Source of the DNA: Candidatus Multivoradales bacterium
GTDB lineage: Bacteria; Acidobacteriota; Thermoanaerobaculia; Multivoradales; JAHEKO01
DNA length: 64,000 nucleotides
Direction: 5' to 3'
Assembly (NCBI GenBank): GCA_965223155.1
Contig: CBDCVR010000015.1
Coordinates: forward strand, 320,001-384,000
The notes below the pieces were generated by a model that saw only the letters and a program-made list of their open reading frames with translations, had not been told where the DNA came from and searched no databases. Both the position numbers and the translations under genes were made by a program. Positions within the stretch are counted from its first letter, which is position 1. Each line of letters starts with the position of its first letter. Shown one piece after another: positions 10,705-19,662 of this stretch.

Positions 10705-10739
10705 GAGGCCGACCGGATCGGCTGAGCCCTGTCGGCCTC
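10705..10739. repeat. inverted repeat/hairpin after the TPR gene
   Basis: GAGGCCGAC (10705-10713) ... GTCGGCCTC (10731-10739); no U-tract. Confidence 0.45.
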
Positions 10740-10742
10740 CGC

Positions 10743-10772
10743 TTGACGAAACCGCGTCTTGCCCCTTACCCT
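10743..10772 (+). promoter_or_regulatory. possible sigma70 promoter
   Basis: TTGACG - 18 nt - TACCCT upstream of the AAAAGGAG RBS of the 10818 gene. Confidence 0.35.
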
Positions 10773-10817
10773 TAAGGTGTCTGTTCGCGGACCCGGCCGG
10801 AAAAAAGGAGACTCCCC

Positions 10818-11567
10818 GTGCGTAAGACCGTCCTAGGTGTATTTGCCATACTCGCCGCCTCACTAGGCGCCGCCGAGGCCATGACGATCACTACCGGAGT
10901 TCTCGAGTGCCTGCCCAACGAAGCCAACACGGCGGTCACCGCCATGGTCACGCCCGAGGTCGCGGGCAGCGAAGAGGTGCGCCTCTACTTCAGGCGCCTC
11001 CATCCGAACGGCGCCTACTACTGGAACGAGATGACCCCGCAGGGCGACGGCGCCTACTGGGCGGTTTTTCCCAAGGCCGAGAAGCGGGAGCAGCAGGGGC
11101 TCAACGACGAATGGTGGGACATCCTGAAGGACCGTGACTGGGTCGAAGACCGTGACCGGGAGTGGCTCGAGGACTTTTTCGACGAGCAGGACCACGAAGC
11201 GGCCGAGTTCTACGTCGGCGTGGCCGATGCCAACGGTCGAGTCATCGCCAAGTCTCCGACCCAGCTGGTCCGTGTGCTCGATCGCGATGACTGCGAGCAC
11301 GGCATCACGGTGCGACAGATCGGCGCCGCCCGCAATATGACCGTCGGCGAGACCACCGCCCTCCAGGAAGGCAAGGAGGTCTTCCACTGGCTTTGCGACG
11401 GCATCGTCACTCGGGTCAACGTGGACGGCATCTTGCGCGGAGACGAAACCTGCCGAGGCTGCGTCATTGCCGGGTGGTTTCCTGTAGCGGCCAGCGCCGG
11501 CGGCATCGTGGCGAGCACCACGATCGAAAAGCGCGAGCCTCGCCGGGCATCCGATATCCAGCCGTAG
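10818..11567 (+). CDS. secreted hypothetical protein, Cys-containing, hydrophobic C-terminal segment
   Basis: Strong RBS, GTG start, signal peptide (AEA/M), C-terminal CRGCVIAGWFPVAASAGGIVA..EKREPRRASDIQP. Confidence 0.8.
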   Translation: MRKTVLGVFAILAASLGAAEAMTITTGVLECLPNEANTAVTAMVTPEVAGSEEVRLYFRRLHPNGAYYWNEMTPQGDGAYWAVFPKAEKREQQGLNDEWWDILKDRDWVEDRDREWLEDFFDEQDHEAAEFYVGVADANGRVIAKSPTQLVRVLDRDDCEHGITVRQIGAARNMTVGETTALQEGKEVFHWLCDGIVTRVNVDGILRGDETCRGCVIAGWFPVAASAGGIVASTTIEKREPRRASDIQP

Positions 11568-11592
11568 CCCGGCCGCCGGCAGATCCTTGGTG

Positions 11593-11625
11593 AAAGCTGT
11601 CGTCCGGGCGACAGCTTTTTCTTTC
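11593..11625 (+). terminator. rho-independent terminator
   Basis: AAAGCTGTCG-tccggg-CGACAGCTTT followed by TTCTTTC. Confidence 0.85.
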
Positions 11626-11640
11626 TGAACCGCACAATCG

Positions 11641-12966
11641 ATGGCGCCTCCGACTCGCCTCCAGCTACTCGACTTGATCGAGTCACGGACCGCCACCGTT
11701 GGGGTCGTCGGCCTGGGCTACGTCGGCCTGCCGTTGGCCCTGGCCTTCGGAGAAGCCGGATTCGGGGTGCTCGGCTTCGACGTGGACGAGGCCAAGGTGG
11801 CGAGTCTCAACGGCGGACGAAGCTACCTCCTCCACTTCCCATCCGAGAGGATCGGCAGGCTGCGTGAATCCGAACGGCTCGAGGCCACCGCCAACTTCGA
11901 CCGGCTTTCCGAACCCGACGCCATTATCGTGTGCGTTCCGACCCCGCTCGACGAAGGCGGAGAACCGGATCTCGGCTACGTCCGGGCCACGACCGAGGCC
12001 ATCGCACCGTGCCTTCGACCCGGTCAGCTCGTCGTGCTCGAGTCAACGACCTACCCCGGCACGACTGAAGAGATTCTGAAGCCACAGCTCGACGCTTCCG
12101 GCCTCGAATGCGGGACCGACTATTTTCTGGCCTACTCCCCGGAGCGGGAAGACCCCGGCAACCCCGACTTCGGCATGGCCACGATCCCCAAGGTCGTCGG
12201 CGGCGCCGACGCCGAGTCGCTGGAGACGGCCCTGGCGCTCTACGGAAGCGTCGTCCGTACCACGGTTCCCGTGTCGAGCACTCGGGTGGCCGAAGCCTCG
12301 AAGCTCACCGAGAACATCTTTCGCGCCGTCAACATCGCCTTGGTCAACGAGCTCAAGATGATCTTCGACAGCATGGAAATCGACGTCAACGAGGTTCTGG
12401 ACGCGGCGTCGACCAAGCCCTTCGGGTTCATGCGCTTCACCCCCGGGCCAGGCTGGGGCGGACACTGCATCCCCGTCGATCCCTTCTACCTGGCCTGGAA
12501 GGCCGAGCGCAGCGGGAACCAGGCCCGTTTTATTCGACTTGCCGGCGAGATCAACCGCGAGGTTCCCGAGTTCGTTCTCGGCAAGCTGGGGTCCGCCCTC
12601 GAAGCTCGCGGGCGGGAGCTCGCCGGCGCCCGCGTTCTCATCGTCGGCCTAGCCTACAAGAAGGACGTGGCCGACCCGCGCGAGAGTCCGGCCTTCGAGA
12701 TCTTGAGCCGGCTCGAAGAGCTCGGCGCCGAGGTCTCGTACCACGATCCCTACATCCCCGAACTGCCCGCGATGCGCAGCTGGCCCGCGCTGGCGCCGAG
12801 GACCTCCGTCGATCTGACGCCGGAGGTCCTCACGGCGGCCGACGCGGCCATCCTGGTCACCGACCATTCTTGCCTCGACTACGAGCTCATTGGCGAACAC
12901 GCCCGACTCATCGTGGACACTCGGGGCACCTTCGACTCCACCAACACCCGGGTCGTCAAGGCCTAG
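11641..12966 (+). CDS. UDP-N-acetyl-hexosamine 6-dehydrogenase (WbpA/WecC family)
   Basis: GLGYVGLP, CVPTP, LESTTYPGTT, SPEREDPGN, GPGWGGHCIP, GLAYKKDV.D.RESP. Confidence 0.92.
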   Translation: MAPPTRLQLLDLIESRTATVGVVGLGYVGLPLALAFGEAGFGVLGFDVDEAKVASLNGGRSYLLHFPSERIGRLRESERLEATANFDRLSEPDAIIVCVPTPLDEGGEPDLGYVRATTEAIAPCLRPGQLVVLESTTYPGTTEEILKPQLDASGLECGTDYFLAYSPEREDPGNPDFGMATIPKVVGGADAESLETALALYGSVVRTTVPVSSTRVAEASKLTENIFRAVNIALVNELKMIFDSMEIDVNEVLDAASTKPFGFMRFTPGPGWGGHCIPVDPFYLAWKAERSGNQARFIRLAGEINREVPEFVLGKLGSALEARGRELAGARVLIVGLAYKKDVADPRESPAFEILSRLEELGAEVSYHDPYIPELPAMRSWPALAPRTSVDLTPEVLTAADAAILVTDHSCLDYELIGEHARLIVDTRGTFDSTNTRVVKA

Positions 12967-12974
12967 ACGCTCCG

Positions 12975-13943
12975 ATGCGGATCCTGGTTTCGACCTCGAG
13001 TTTCGGAAAGGTGGGTCCCGAGCCCCTGGAGCGCCTGCGCGCCTTCGCCTCCGAGGTCCGGCTCAACCCGCACGGCCGAACGCTGACCGAAGACGAGATC
13101 ACAGGGCTCCTGCAAGGAATCGATGGACTAGTGGCCGGCGTCGAGCCCCTGACCCGCGACGTTCTCGCCGGAGCCGCCGGCCTCAAGGTGATCTCGCGCT
13201 GCGGCGTCGGACTCGACCGCGTCGACACAGAGGCCGCCGAAGAGCTCGGGATCGCCGTCCGGAACACCCCGGACGCGCCCACCCAGGCGGTGGCCGAGCT
13301 CGCGCTGGCGGGACTGCTCTCGGTCCTCCGGCGCGTGGCGAGCGCGGATCGAGCGGTCCGATCCGGGCTTTGGACCAAGACCATGGGGGCCTGCCTCGCC
13401 GGCAAGACGGTCGGCATCATCGGATTCGGACGCGTCGGCCGCCGCTTCGCGGGACTCCTGGCCCCGTTCTCGGTTCGCATCCTGGTCTACGATCCCCTGC
13501 AACTCGAGAGAGCCCAGCTCGAAACACCGTCCGAGCCGGCGCTCGGGCCGGCGTCCGGATCGGCCTCCGAGCCCGAGTACCAAGCGGCCGAGCTCGACCA
13601 TCTCCTGGCCGAGGCCGACGTCGTCAGCCTTCACGCCGCGCTCACCGACGAGACCCGAGATCTGCTCGATGCCGGAGCCTTCGGCCGGATGCGGCCGGGC
13701 GCAGTACTCGTCAACACGGCTCGGGGGGAGCTTGTGGATGAGGCCGCGTTGGTCGAGAATCTGGAAGCAGGCCGGATTGGCGGAGCCTACCTGGACGTCT
13801 TTCGAGAAGAACCCTACCGGGGTCTTCTCGGGACGTTCGACAACGTCGTCCTGACGCCCCACGTCGGCTCCTATGCGCGCGAAGCCCGGCTGGCGATGGA
13901 GCTCGAAGCCGTCAACAACTTGATCGGAGCGTTTGGTGCCTGA
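12975..13943 (+). CDS. D-2-hydroxyacid (phosphoglycerate-type) dehydrogenase
   Basis: Start corrected to MRILVSTSSF; SRCGVGLD, GIIGFGRVG, NTARG, LDVF..EP, TPHVG. Confidence 0.88.
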   Translation: MRILVSTSSFGKVGPEPLERLRAFASEVRLNPHGRTLTEDEITGLLQGIDGLVAGVEPLTRDVLAGAAGLKVISRCGVGLDRVDTEAAEELGIAVRNTPDAPTQAVAELALAGLLSVLRRVASADRAVRSGLWTKTMGACLAGKTVGIIGFGRVGRRFAGLLAPFSVRILVYDPLQLERAQLETPSEPALGPASGSASEPEYQAAELDHLLAEADVVSLHAALTDETRDLLDAGAFGRMRPGAVLVNTARGELVDEAALVENLEAGRIGGAYLDVFREEPYRGLLGTFDNVVLTPHVGSYAREARLAMELEAVNNLIGAFGA

Positions 13944-14853
13944 AACTACGACCCCTGGAAGGCGCGCTCTGGTCACGGGCGGGTCTGGTTTTCTCGGCAG
14001 CTTCATCGCCGACGAGCTCAGCCGACGCGGCCTCGAGGTCAGAATCTTCGACCGCCGCGAGTCGAAGTGGCTCCAACCCGGCCAGGAGATGGTTCTGGGA
14101 GACATCGCCGATGCCGACGCCCTGGCCGCTGCCGCGGACGGATGCGGCGCGGTCTTCCACCTGGCGGCGCTGGCCGATCTCGACACCGCCCACGGCGCCG
14201 CCAGAGAGGCGGCCGAGCTCAACATCCTGGGCACGATCAACGCTCTGGAAGCCGCACGCCGGGCCGGAGCGACGAGGTTTCTCCTGGCCAGCACGGTCTA
14301 CGTGTACAGCCGGGCCGGCGGCTTCTACCGCTGCAGCAAGCAGTCGGCCGAGGCCTTCGCTGAGGAGTTCGGCAAGCAGTACGAGCTGCCGTTCACGGTC
14401 CTGCGCTACGGCAGCCTGTACGGGCAGCGCTCGGACGACAGCAACGGCGTCTTCCGGTTGTTGCGCCAAGCGATTCGCAAAGGTTCGATCTCGGTGCCCG
14501 GCACCCCGGACGACACCCGGGAATACGTCCACGTGGAGGACGCGGCGCGGCTCAGCGTAGACGCTCTAGAGCCCGAGTTCGCCGGCGAACACCTGGTCAT
14601 CACCGGGCACCATCCGACCCGGCTGCGCGATCTTTTCGTGATGTTCTCGGAGATCCTGGGCCGCGAGATCGAGGTGCGCTACGAGGACAGTGCCGGCGAC
14701 CGCCACACCGCTCACTACCGGATGACTCCCTACGCCTACACCCCGCGAGCCGGGCGCAAGCTCACCGCTCGGCACTACGTGGACATGGGGCAGGGCCTGC
14801 TGCAGCTCATTCACGACCTCGAAGCGAACGCCGAGTCGCCGTCTTCCAAATGA
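13936..14853 (+). CDS. NAD-dependent epimerase/dehydratase
   Basis: TGGSGFLG, FHLAA, YRCSK, LRYGSLYG. Confidence 0.88.
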   Translation: MPETTTPGRRALVTGGSGFLGSFIADELSRRGLEVRIFDRRESKWLQPGQEMVLGDIADADALAAAADGCGAVFHLAALADLDTAHGAAREAAELNILGTINALEAARRAGATRFLLASTVYVYSRAGGFYRCSKQSAEAFAEEFGKQYELPFTVLRYGSLYGQRSDDSNGVFRLLRQAIRKGSISVPGTPDDTREYVHVEDAARLSVDALEPEFAGEHLVITGHHPTRLRDLFVMFSEILGREIEVRYEDSAGDRHTAHYRMTPYAYTPRAGRKLTARHYVDMGQGLLQLIHDLEANAESPSSK

Positions 14854-15575
14854 ACGCCGCCATCATCACCGCCCGCGCCGGTTCGAAGTCGATCCAGGAC
14901 AAGAACGTCCATCCCGTAGGCGGGCGGCCCCTGGTGGCCTACCCGGCTCGGGCCGCGCTCGAAGCCGCCTCGGTCGACAAGACGTTCGTGTCCACCGACG
15001 GCGAGTCGATCGCCGAAGCCTGTTCCGAGCTGGGTGTCGAGGTCATCTGGCGTCCCGACGAGTTCGGCGGCGACCACGTCAACCATGGAGACGTGATCCG
15101 GCACGCGGTCGAATGGGTGGACGCCGGCTACGAAGGGTTGGCGAACGTCGTCCTCTTGCTCGGCAACACGGTGATGATCGATGGCGAGATCCTCGATCGC
15201 TGCCTCGGGGAGCTGGCTGCCGACAGCTCGCTCGACTCGGTCATGACCGTCTGGGAAGCGGCCGACGATCACCCGCTGCGGGCGCTCGAGATCCACGATG
15301 GACTCCTGCGGCCGTACGGAGACCCGGACCGAAACGTCTCGACCGAGCGCCAGTCCTATGCCAAGGCCTACTATTACGACCAGGGCGTATGGGCCTTCCG
15401 CAAGGAGTGCGTGCGCGAGCGCTCCGGTCCCAACCCCTGGTGGTGGATGGGCAAGCGCTCGAAGCCAATCGTGCGCGAATGGGTCACCGGCCGGGACGTT
15501 CACGGAGCGCTCGATCTCGAGATCGCCGAGTGGTGGCTGGGGCGGCGAGTCGAGCAGGCCACCGAAGGCTCGTGA
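14850..15575 (+). CDS. acylneuraminate/ulosonate cytidylyltransferase family protein
   Basis: ITARAGSKSIQDKN, VSTD; stop/start overlap with neighbours. Confidence 0.85.
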   Translation: MNAAIITARAGSKSIQDKNVHPVGGRPLVAYPARAALEAASVDKTFVSTDGESIAEACSELGVEVIWRPDEFGGDHVNHGDVIRHAVEWVDAGYEGLANVVLLLGNTVMIDGEILDRCLGELAADSSLDSVMTVWEAADDHPLRALEIHDGLLRPYGDPDRNVSTERQSYAKAYYYDQGVWAFRKECVRERSGPNPWWWMGKRSKPIVREWVTGRDVHGALDLEIAEWWLGRRVEQATEGS

Positions 15576-16231
15576 CCTACCGCCTACCGCTGGCGAGTTT
15601 CGACGCCATCATCTTCGACTTCGATGGCGTCATCCTGGAATCCGGAGCCATCAAGACCCAGGCTTTCCTGGACCTCTTCAGCGAACACGACGAGCACCGG
15701 GATTCGATCCTGGCGCACCATCTTCAGAATCTGGGGGTCTCCCGATTCGAGAAGTTCGCGTGGATCTATCGCGAACTGCTCCGGGAACCCCTGCCGTCAG
15801 AACTCCGCGCCGAGCTCGGTCGGCGCTACTCGCGCCTGGTCTTCGACCGGATGCTGGCCTGTCCAATGGTACCCGGCGCCGGCGAGCTCCTGGATCGTCT
15901 CGGCGGCCGGCTGCCCTGCTTTGTCGCCTCGGCCACGCCCCACGAAGAGCTTGTCGCAATCATCGAGACCCGAGGATTGGCCGACGCCTTCGAAGCCGTC
16001 TTCGGCTCGCCACCCGGGAAGAACGAGCTCGTCTCCACAATCGTCCGGACGCGCGACTTCGCCCCCGACCGGGTGCTGATGATCGGCGACGGCGTCACAG
16101 ACCTCGAAGCCGCCACCGCTGCCGGCTGCAGGTTTCTTGCCCGTTTCGACCAAGCCGCGCCTCGACAATCCTGGCCGCCCGAGACCCTCTGTGTCGATGA
16201 CCTGCGCCAGATCGAGGTCATCGCGTGCTAG
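15572..16231 (+). CDS. HAD-superfamily phosphatase
   Basis: GTG overlapping the previous stop; FDFDGVI, VASAT, GSPPGK, IGD..TD. Confidence 0.85.
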   Translation: MTYRLPLASFDAIIFDFDGVILESGAIKTQAFLDLFSEHDEHRDSILAHHLQNLGVSRFEKFAWIYRELLREPLPSELRAELGRRYSRLVFDRMLACPMVPGAGELLDRLGGRLPCFVASATPHEELVAIIETRGLADAFEAVFGSPPGKNELVSTIVRTRDFAPDRVLMIGDGVTDLEAATAAGCRFLARFDQAAPRQSWPPETLCVDDLRQIEVIAC

Positions 16232-17367
16232 ACACGGCGAAACGCCTCTGGACCGGCTGCGCGCTTCTACTTCTCAACACTCTGGTCGTCTTCGCGCTCG
16301 CCAACCTTGTGGCGGCCGCCATCCTGTCGTGGCTGCCGCCCGCGGACATACCGCCCGCGCTTTCCGACGAAGAGATCGCGCAGGTCTATCCCGGCAAGAG
16401 CTCCGAAGACGTCCGGCAGCTTCTGGAAGAAACCTGGGGACGACGCTACGCCTATGAGACCTTCACCGAGTTCAAGGAAGGGACGACGAGCGGACGCTTC
16501 GTCACCGTTGAGGACACGGGCTTTCGCCGCTCGCCTGAAGACTACCCTTGGCCCCCGGCACCCGACGCGGACAACATTTTCGTCTTTGGCGGCTCGACCG
16601 CATTCGGGTACGGCGTAGGCGACGACGAGACCATTCCCGTCGCTCTCGATCGGGCCTTGAGGAACGAGGGTTGCTCCGAGACTCGGGTCTACAACCTGGC
16701 GCGCTCGAACTACTACAGCTCTCAAGAACGAGCTCTTTTCGAACGCTTGCTCGTCGACGGGATCGCGCCGCGGCTCGCACTTTTCCTCGACGGTCTCAAC
16801 GAAGCCGGCCATCCCGATGGCGGCGCCAAGTACTCGAACCGCCTCAGCTACTTGATGGCCGAGACACACTCGCAGACCGCCCGGCGCGCCCTCAAGTGGC
16901 TGCCGCTTGGCCGCCTGATCTCACGATTGCGGCCAGATCCCGATCCAGCATCCCCGATCGCCGCGCCGGCAGGTACCGCGCAAACCGTCATCGCTCGCTG
17001 GGCGGCCAACCGGCGGCTGATCGAGGCGGCCGCCGATGCCCATGGAACCGAAGTCCTCTTCGTCTGGCAGCCGGTGCCGACCTACCGCTACGACCTGCGT
17101 TTCCATCTCTTCGCCGAACGTCTTGCGGGCAAGAACTGGGACCTCTTGGATGCAATCTACGGCCAGATGCGCGACCGTCACGGAGACGGCGGCATCGGAG
17201 AGCCCTCGGAGGACTCCGACCGGTTCCTGTGGCTCGCAGACCTGCAAACCGACCGCAACGAACCCCTGTACGTCGATAGCGTCCACTACACGGCGGCGTT
17301 CTCCGAGACGATCGCGCGAGCTCTCGCCAAGCACATCGGGGCCACCCTGTGCGATTCGGCACCCTGA
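16225..17367 (+). CDS. membrane-anchored SGNH/GDSL protein
   Basis: N-terminal TM; FGGSTAFG, DGLNE, WQP, DSVHY catalytic blocks. Confidence 0.85.
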   Translation: MLDTAKRLWTGCALLLLNTLVVFALANLVAAAILSWLPPADIPPALSDEEIAQVYPGKSSEDVRQLLEETWGRRYAYETFTEFKEGTTSGRFVTVEDTGFRRSPEDYPWPPAPDADNIFVFGGSTAFGYGVGDDETIPVALDRALRNEGCSETRVYNLARSNYYSSQERALFERLLVDGIAPRLALFLDGLNEAGHPDGGAKYSNRLSYLMAETHSQTARRALKWLPLGRLISRLRPDPDPASPIAAPAGTAQTVIARWAANRRLIEAAADAHGTEVLFVWQPVPTYRYDLRFHLFAERLAGKNWDLLDAIYGQMRDRHGDGGIGEPSEDSDRFLWLADLQTDRNEPLYVDSVHYTAAFSETIARALAKHIGATLCDSAP

Positions 17368-17479
17368 CTCTCGGCAACCCGCCCAAGAAGCCTGCCTTGG
17401 GAACCACGGGGTTGTTCGCTATTCTCTCGGAGCCGCCCGCGTCCGTAGGCCCCCTCGTCTCGACCTCCACAAGAATCCG

Positions 17480-18598
17480 ATGAGCGAAACCATTCTCGTA
17501 ACCGGTGGTTGCGGCTTCATCGGCTCCCACCTCGTCGATGACCTCATCGCGGCCGGCAGGAACGTCCGCGTCATCGACAACCTGACCGCCCAGGTGCACC
17601 CCGGCGGCCGGAAACCCGAATATCTCAATCCAGGAGCCGAGTACGTCGTCGCCGACATCACTGACGATGGTGTCCTGGAAACGACTCTGGCCGGGGTCGA
17701 CGTCCTCGTGCATTTCGCGGCCGCCGTGGGCGTCGGGCAGTCCATGTACGAGCCCGAACACTATGTCCATACGAACTCCGTTGGCACGGCGAAACTGTGG
17801 CAAGCGGTGCTCGGACTCGAAAAGAAACCCCGCAAGGTGCTGGTCGCGTCATCGATGAGCATCTACGGCGAGGGCCGCTACGTCTGCAAGAACTGCGGCC
17901 CGGCCCGCGGGCACCGAAGCGAAGAAGCCCTTCGAGAGGGCCACTGGGAGCCCACGTGCGCAACCTGCCAAGGCCCGCTCGAAGCCTTGCCGACAGACGA
18001 GGCTCATCATCAAGATCCGACGTCGATCTACGCTCTCTCCAAGTACGACCAAGAACGAATGTCTCTGGCGCTTGGAGCTGCCTATTCGATTCCTACCGTT
18101 GCCTTGAGGTTTTTCAATGTGTACGGCACCCGCCAGTCACTGTCGAACCCCTATACCGGCGTTGGAGCCATCTTCTCCTCGCGGATTCGGTCGGACAGCC
18201 CGCCGACCGTCTACGAAGACGGAATGCAGCAGCGCGACTTCGTCCACGTTCGGGACATTGTTCAGGCCTGCCGACTCGTCATGGATTCCGATGGCGCCGA
18301 CGGCCGCGCGTTCAACGTCGGTAGCGGCCGCGCCATTACCATTCGGGACCTGGCCAAGCTCCTGATCGACCTTCACGGCAAGACAGGTTCGCTCCAGCCC
18401 GAGATCACAGGACGGTTCCGAACCGGAGACATTCGGCACTGCTTCGCCGACATCTCCAAGATTCGAGAACTGGGCTACGAGCCCAAGGTGTCCCTCGAAT
18501 CAGGCTTGCGCGAGCTCGAAGACTGGAGTCAGACGGCGCCTACCGACGACAAGTTCGACGCGGCCCAAGGCGAGCTTCATCGGCGCGGTCTCGCGTAG
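17480..18598 (+). CDS. NAD-dependent sugar epimerase (WbiB-like, dTDP-rhamnose 4-epimerase family)
   Basis: TGGCGFIGSH, AAAVGVGQSMY, YALSK, QSLSNPYTG, CxxC..CxxC insert. Confidence 0.85.
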   Translation: MSETILVTGGCGFIGSHLVDDLIAAGRNVRVIDNLTAQVHPGGRKPEYLNPGAEYVVADITDDGVLETTLAGVDVLVHFAAAVGVGQSMYEPEHYVHTNSVGTAKLWQAVLGLEKKPRKVLVASSMSIYGEGRYVCKNCGPARGHRSEEALREGHWEPTCATCQGPLEALPTDEAHHQDPTSIYALSKYDQERMSLALGAAYSIPTVALRFFNVYGTRQSLSNPYTGVGAIFSSRIRSDSPPTVYEDGMQQRDFVHVRDIVQACRLVMDSDGADGRAFNVGSGRAITIRDLAKLLIDLHGKTGSLQPEITGRFRTGDIRHCFADISKIRELGYEPKVSLESGLRELEDWSQTAPTDDKFDAAQGELHRRGLA

Positions 18599-18604
18599 AC
18601 GCCG

Positions 18605-19654
18605 ATGCGCGTCGTCTTCGTCCCCAAAGGTGGTCCCGACGTTCCAAGTAGCAAGTACCGTTGCCACTTCTTCGCCGAGGCCCTCGGATCCTGCGGCATA
18701 GCCACGCGCATCTTGGCTCCTCCGGCCCGCCTCGGCTGGCGGCCACGCGCGGGCGCTCTCGCCGACCTACGCAGGCTCCGAGCGGATCTCCGGACGGTGG
18801 TCGAGGGGGACGTTCTGTATCTTCAGCGTCCAACCCAGAATCACTGGTTCGTCGCCATGCTCGCGGCCTTCAAACGGCGCCGACCCAGCGTCCCGGTGGT
18901 GTTCGACTTTTGCGACCCGATTTGGCTTCACTCGCCGTTCAAGACGCGAACGCTCGCTCGGCTCGCGGACCTGGTTGTCACTAGTTGCGAGGATCTGGCC
19001 GAATGGGCGCAAGACCACGGCGACCGCGTTGTCGTAGTGCCCAATAGCCTGCCGTCGCTGCCGCTACCGCGTCCAGAGCCACAATCGATCTCCAGCCTGC
19101 CGACGCTCGGTTGGGTGGGCAACGCAACGGTCCATCGTCAGAATCTGACGCTTCTCGCCGAGGCTCTCGACGAGCTTCGTCGGCCCGCGCGGTTTTGCCT
19201 TGTCGGGAGCCGGGGCGCCGAGGACCTGGTCGACCGATTCGCCACGATTCCCAATCTCGAGGTGCAAAACCACCCCTGGCTTGGGCCCGACGAGGTCGCG
19301 ACGATTCTCGAGCGAGTCGACATCGCACTCTTGCCGGTCCGGGACGTTCCATGGAATCGAAAGCTCCTGACCAAGTTGATCGAATACCTGGGAGCCGGCC
19401 TCCCGGTGATCGCGAGCCCGGTGGGAGACAATCGGCGGGCGATCCACCATGGCGTCAACGGGATGCTCGCCGCGACGGCCAGCGAATGGCGTGACTGCTT
19501 GGGTCGGCTGATCGACGAGCCCGAGCTCCGAGCGTCCCTTGGCCGAGCAGCCAGGGAAACGGCCGCGGGCCGATACGGCTTGGAAGTCAACGGGCCCAAG
19601 CTTGCTCGGGCGCTACGCGAACTGGTGTCGGTTTCCAACCTCCAGGTCGGCTGA
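18605..19654 (+). CDS. glycosyltransferase family 4
   Basis: SSKYR, GWVG, KLIEYLGAGLPVIASPVG. Confidence 0.85.
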   Translation: MRVVFVPKGGPDVPSSKYRCHFFAEALGSCGIATRILAPPARLGWRPRAGALADLRRLRADLRTVVEGDVLYLQRPTQNHWFVAMLAAFKRRRPSVPVVFDFCDPIWLHSPFKTRTLARLADLVVTSCEDLAEWAQDHGDRVVVVPNSLPSLPLPRPEPQSISSLPTLGWVGNATVHRQNLTLLAEALDELRRPARFCLVGSRGAEDLVDRFATIPNLEVQNHPWLGPDEVATILERVDIALLPVRDVPWNRKLLTKLIEYLGAGLPVIASPVGDNRRAIHHGVNGMLAATASEWRDCLGRLIDEPELRASLGRAARETAAGRYGLEVNGPKLARALRELVSVSNLQVG

Positions 19655-19662
19655 ACTCGACG

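Noticed and set aside
12108-12974. Long N-terminal extensions in the ORF track (also at 15113, 17036, 23212, 28845, 45599, 49617, 50545)
   Set aside because: They overlap real upstream genes or intergenic DNA; better starts with an RBS or stop/start coupling lie downstream.
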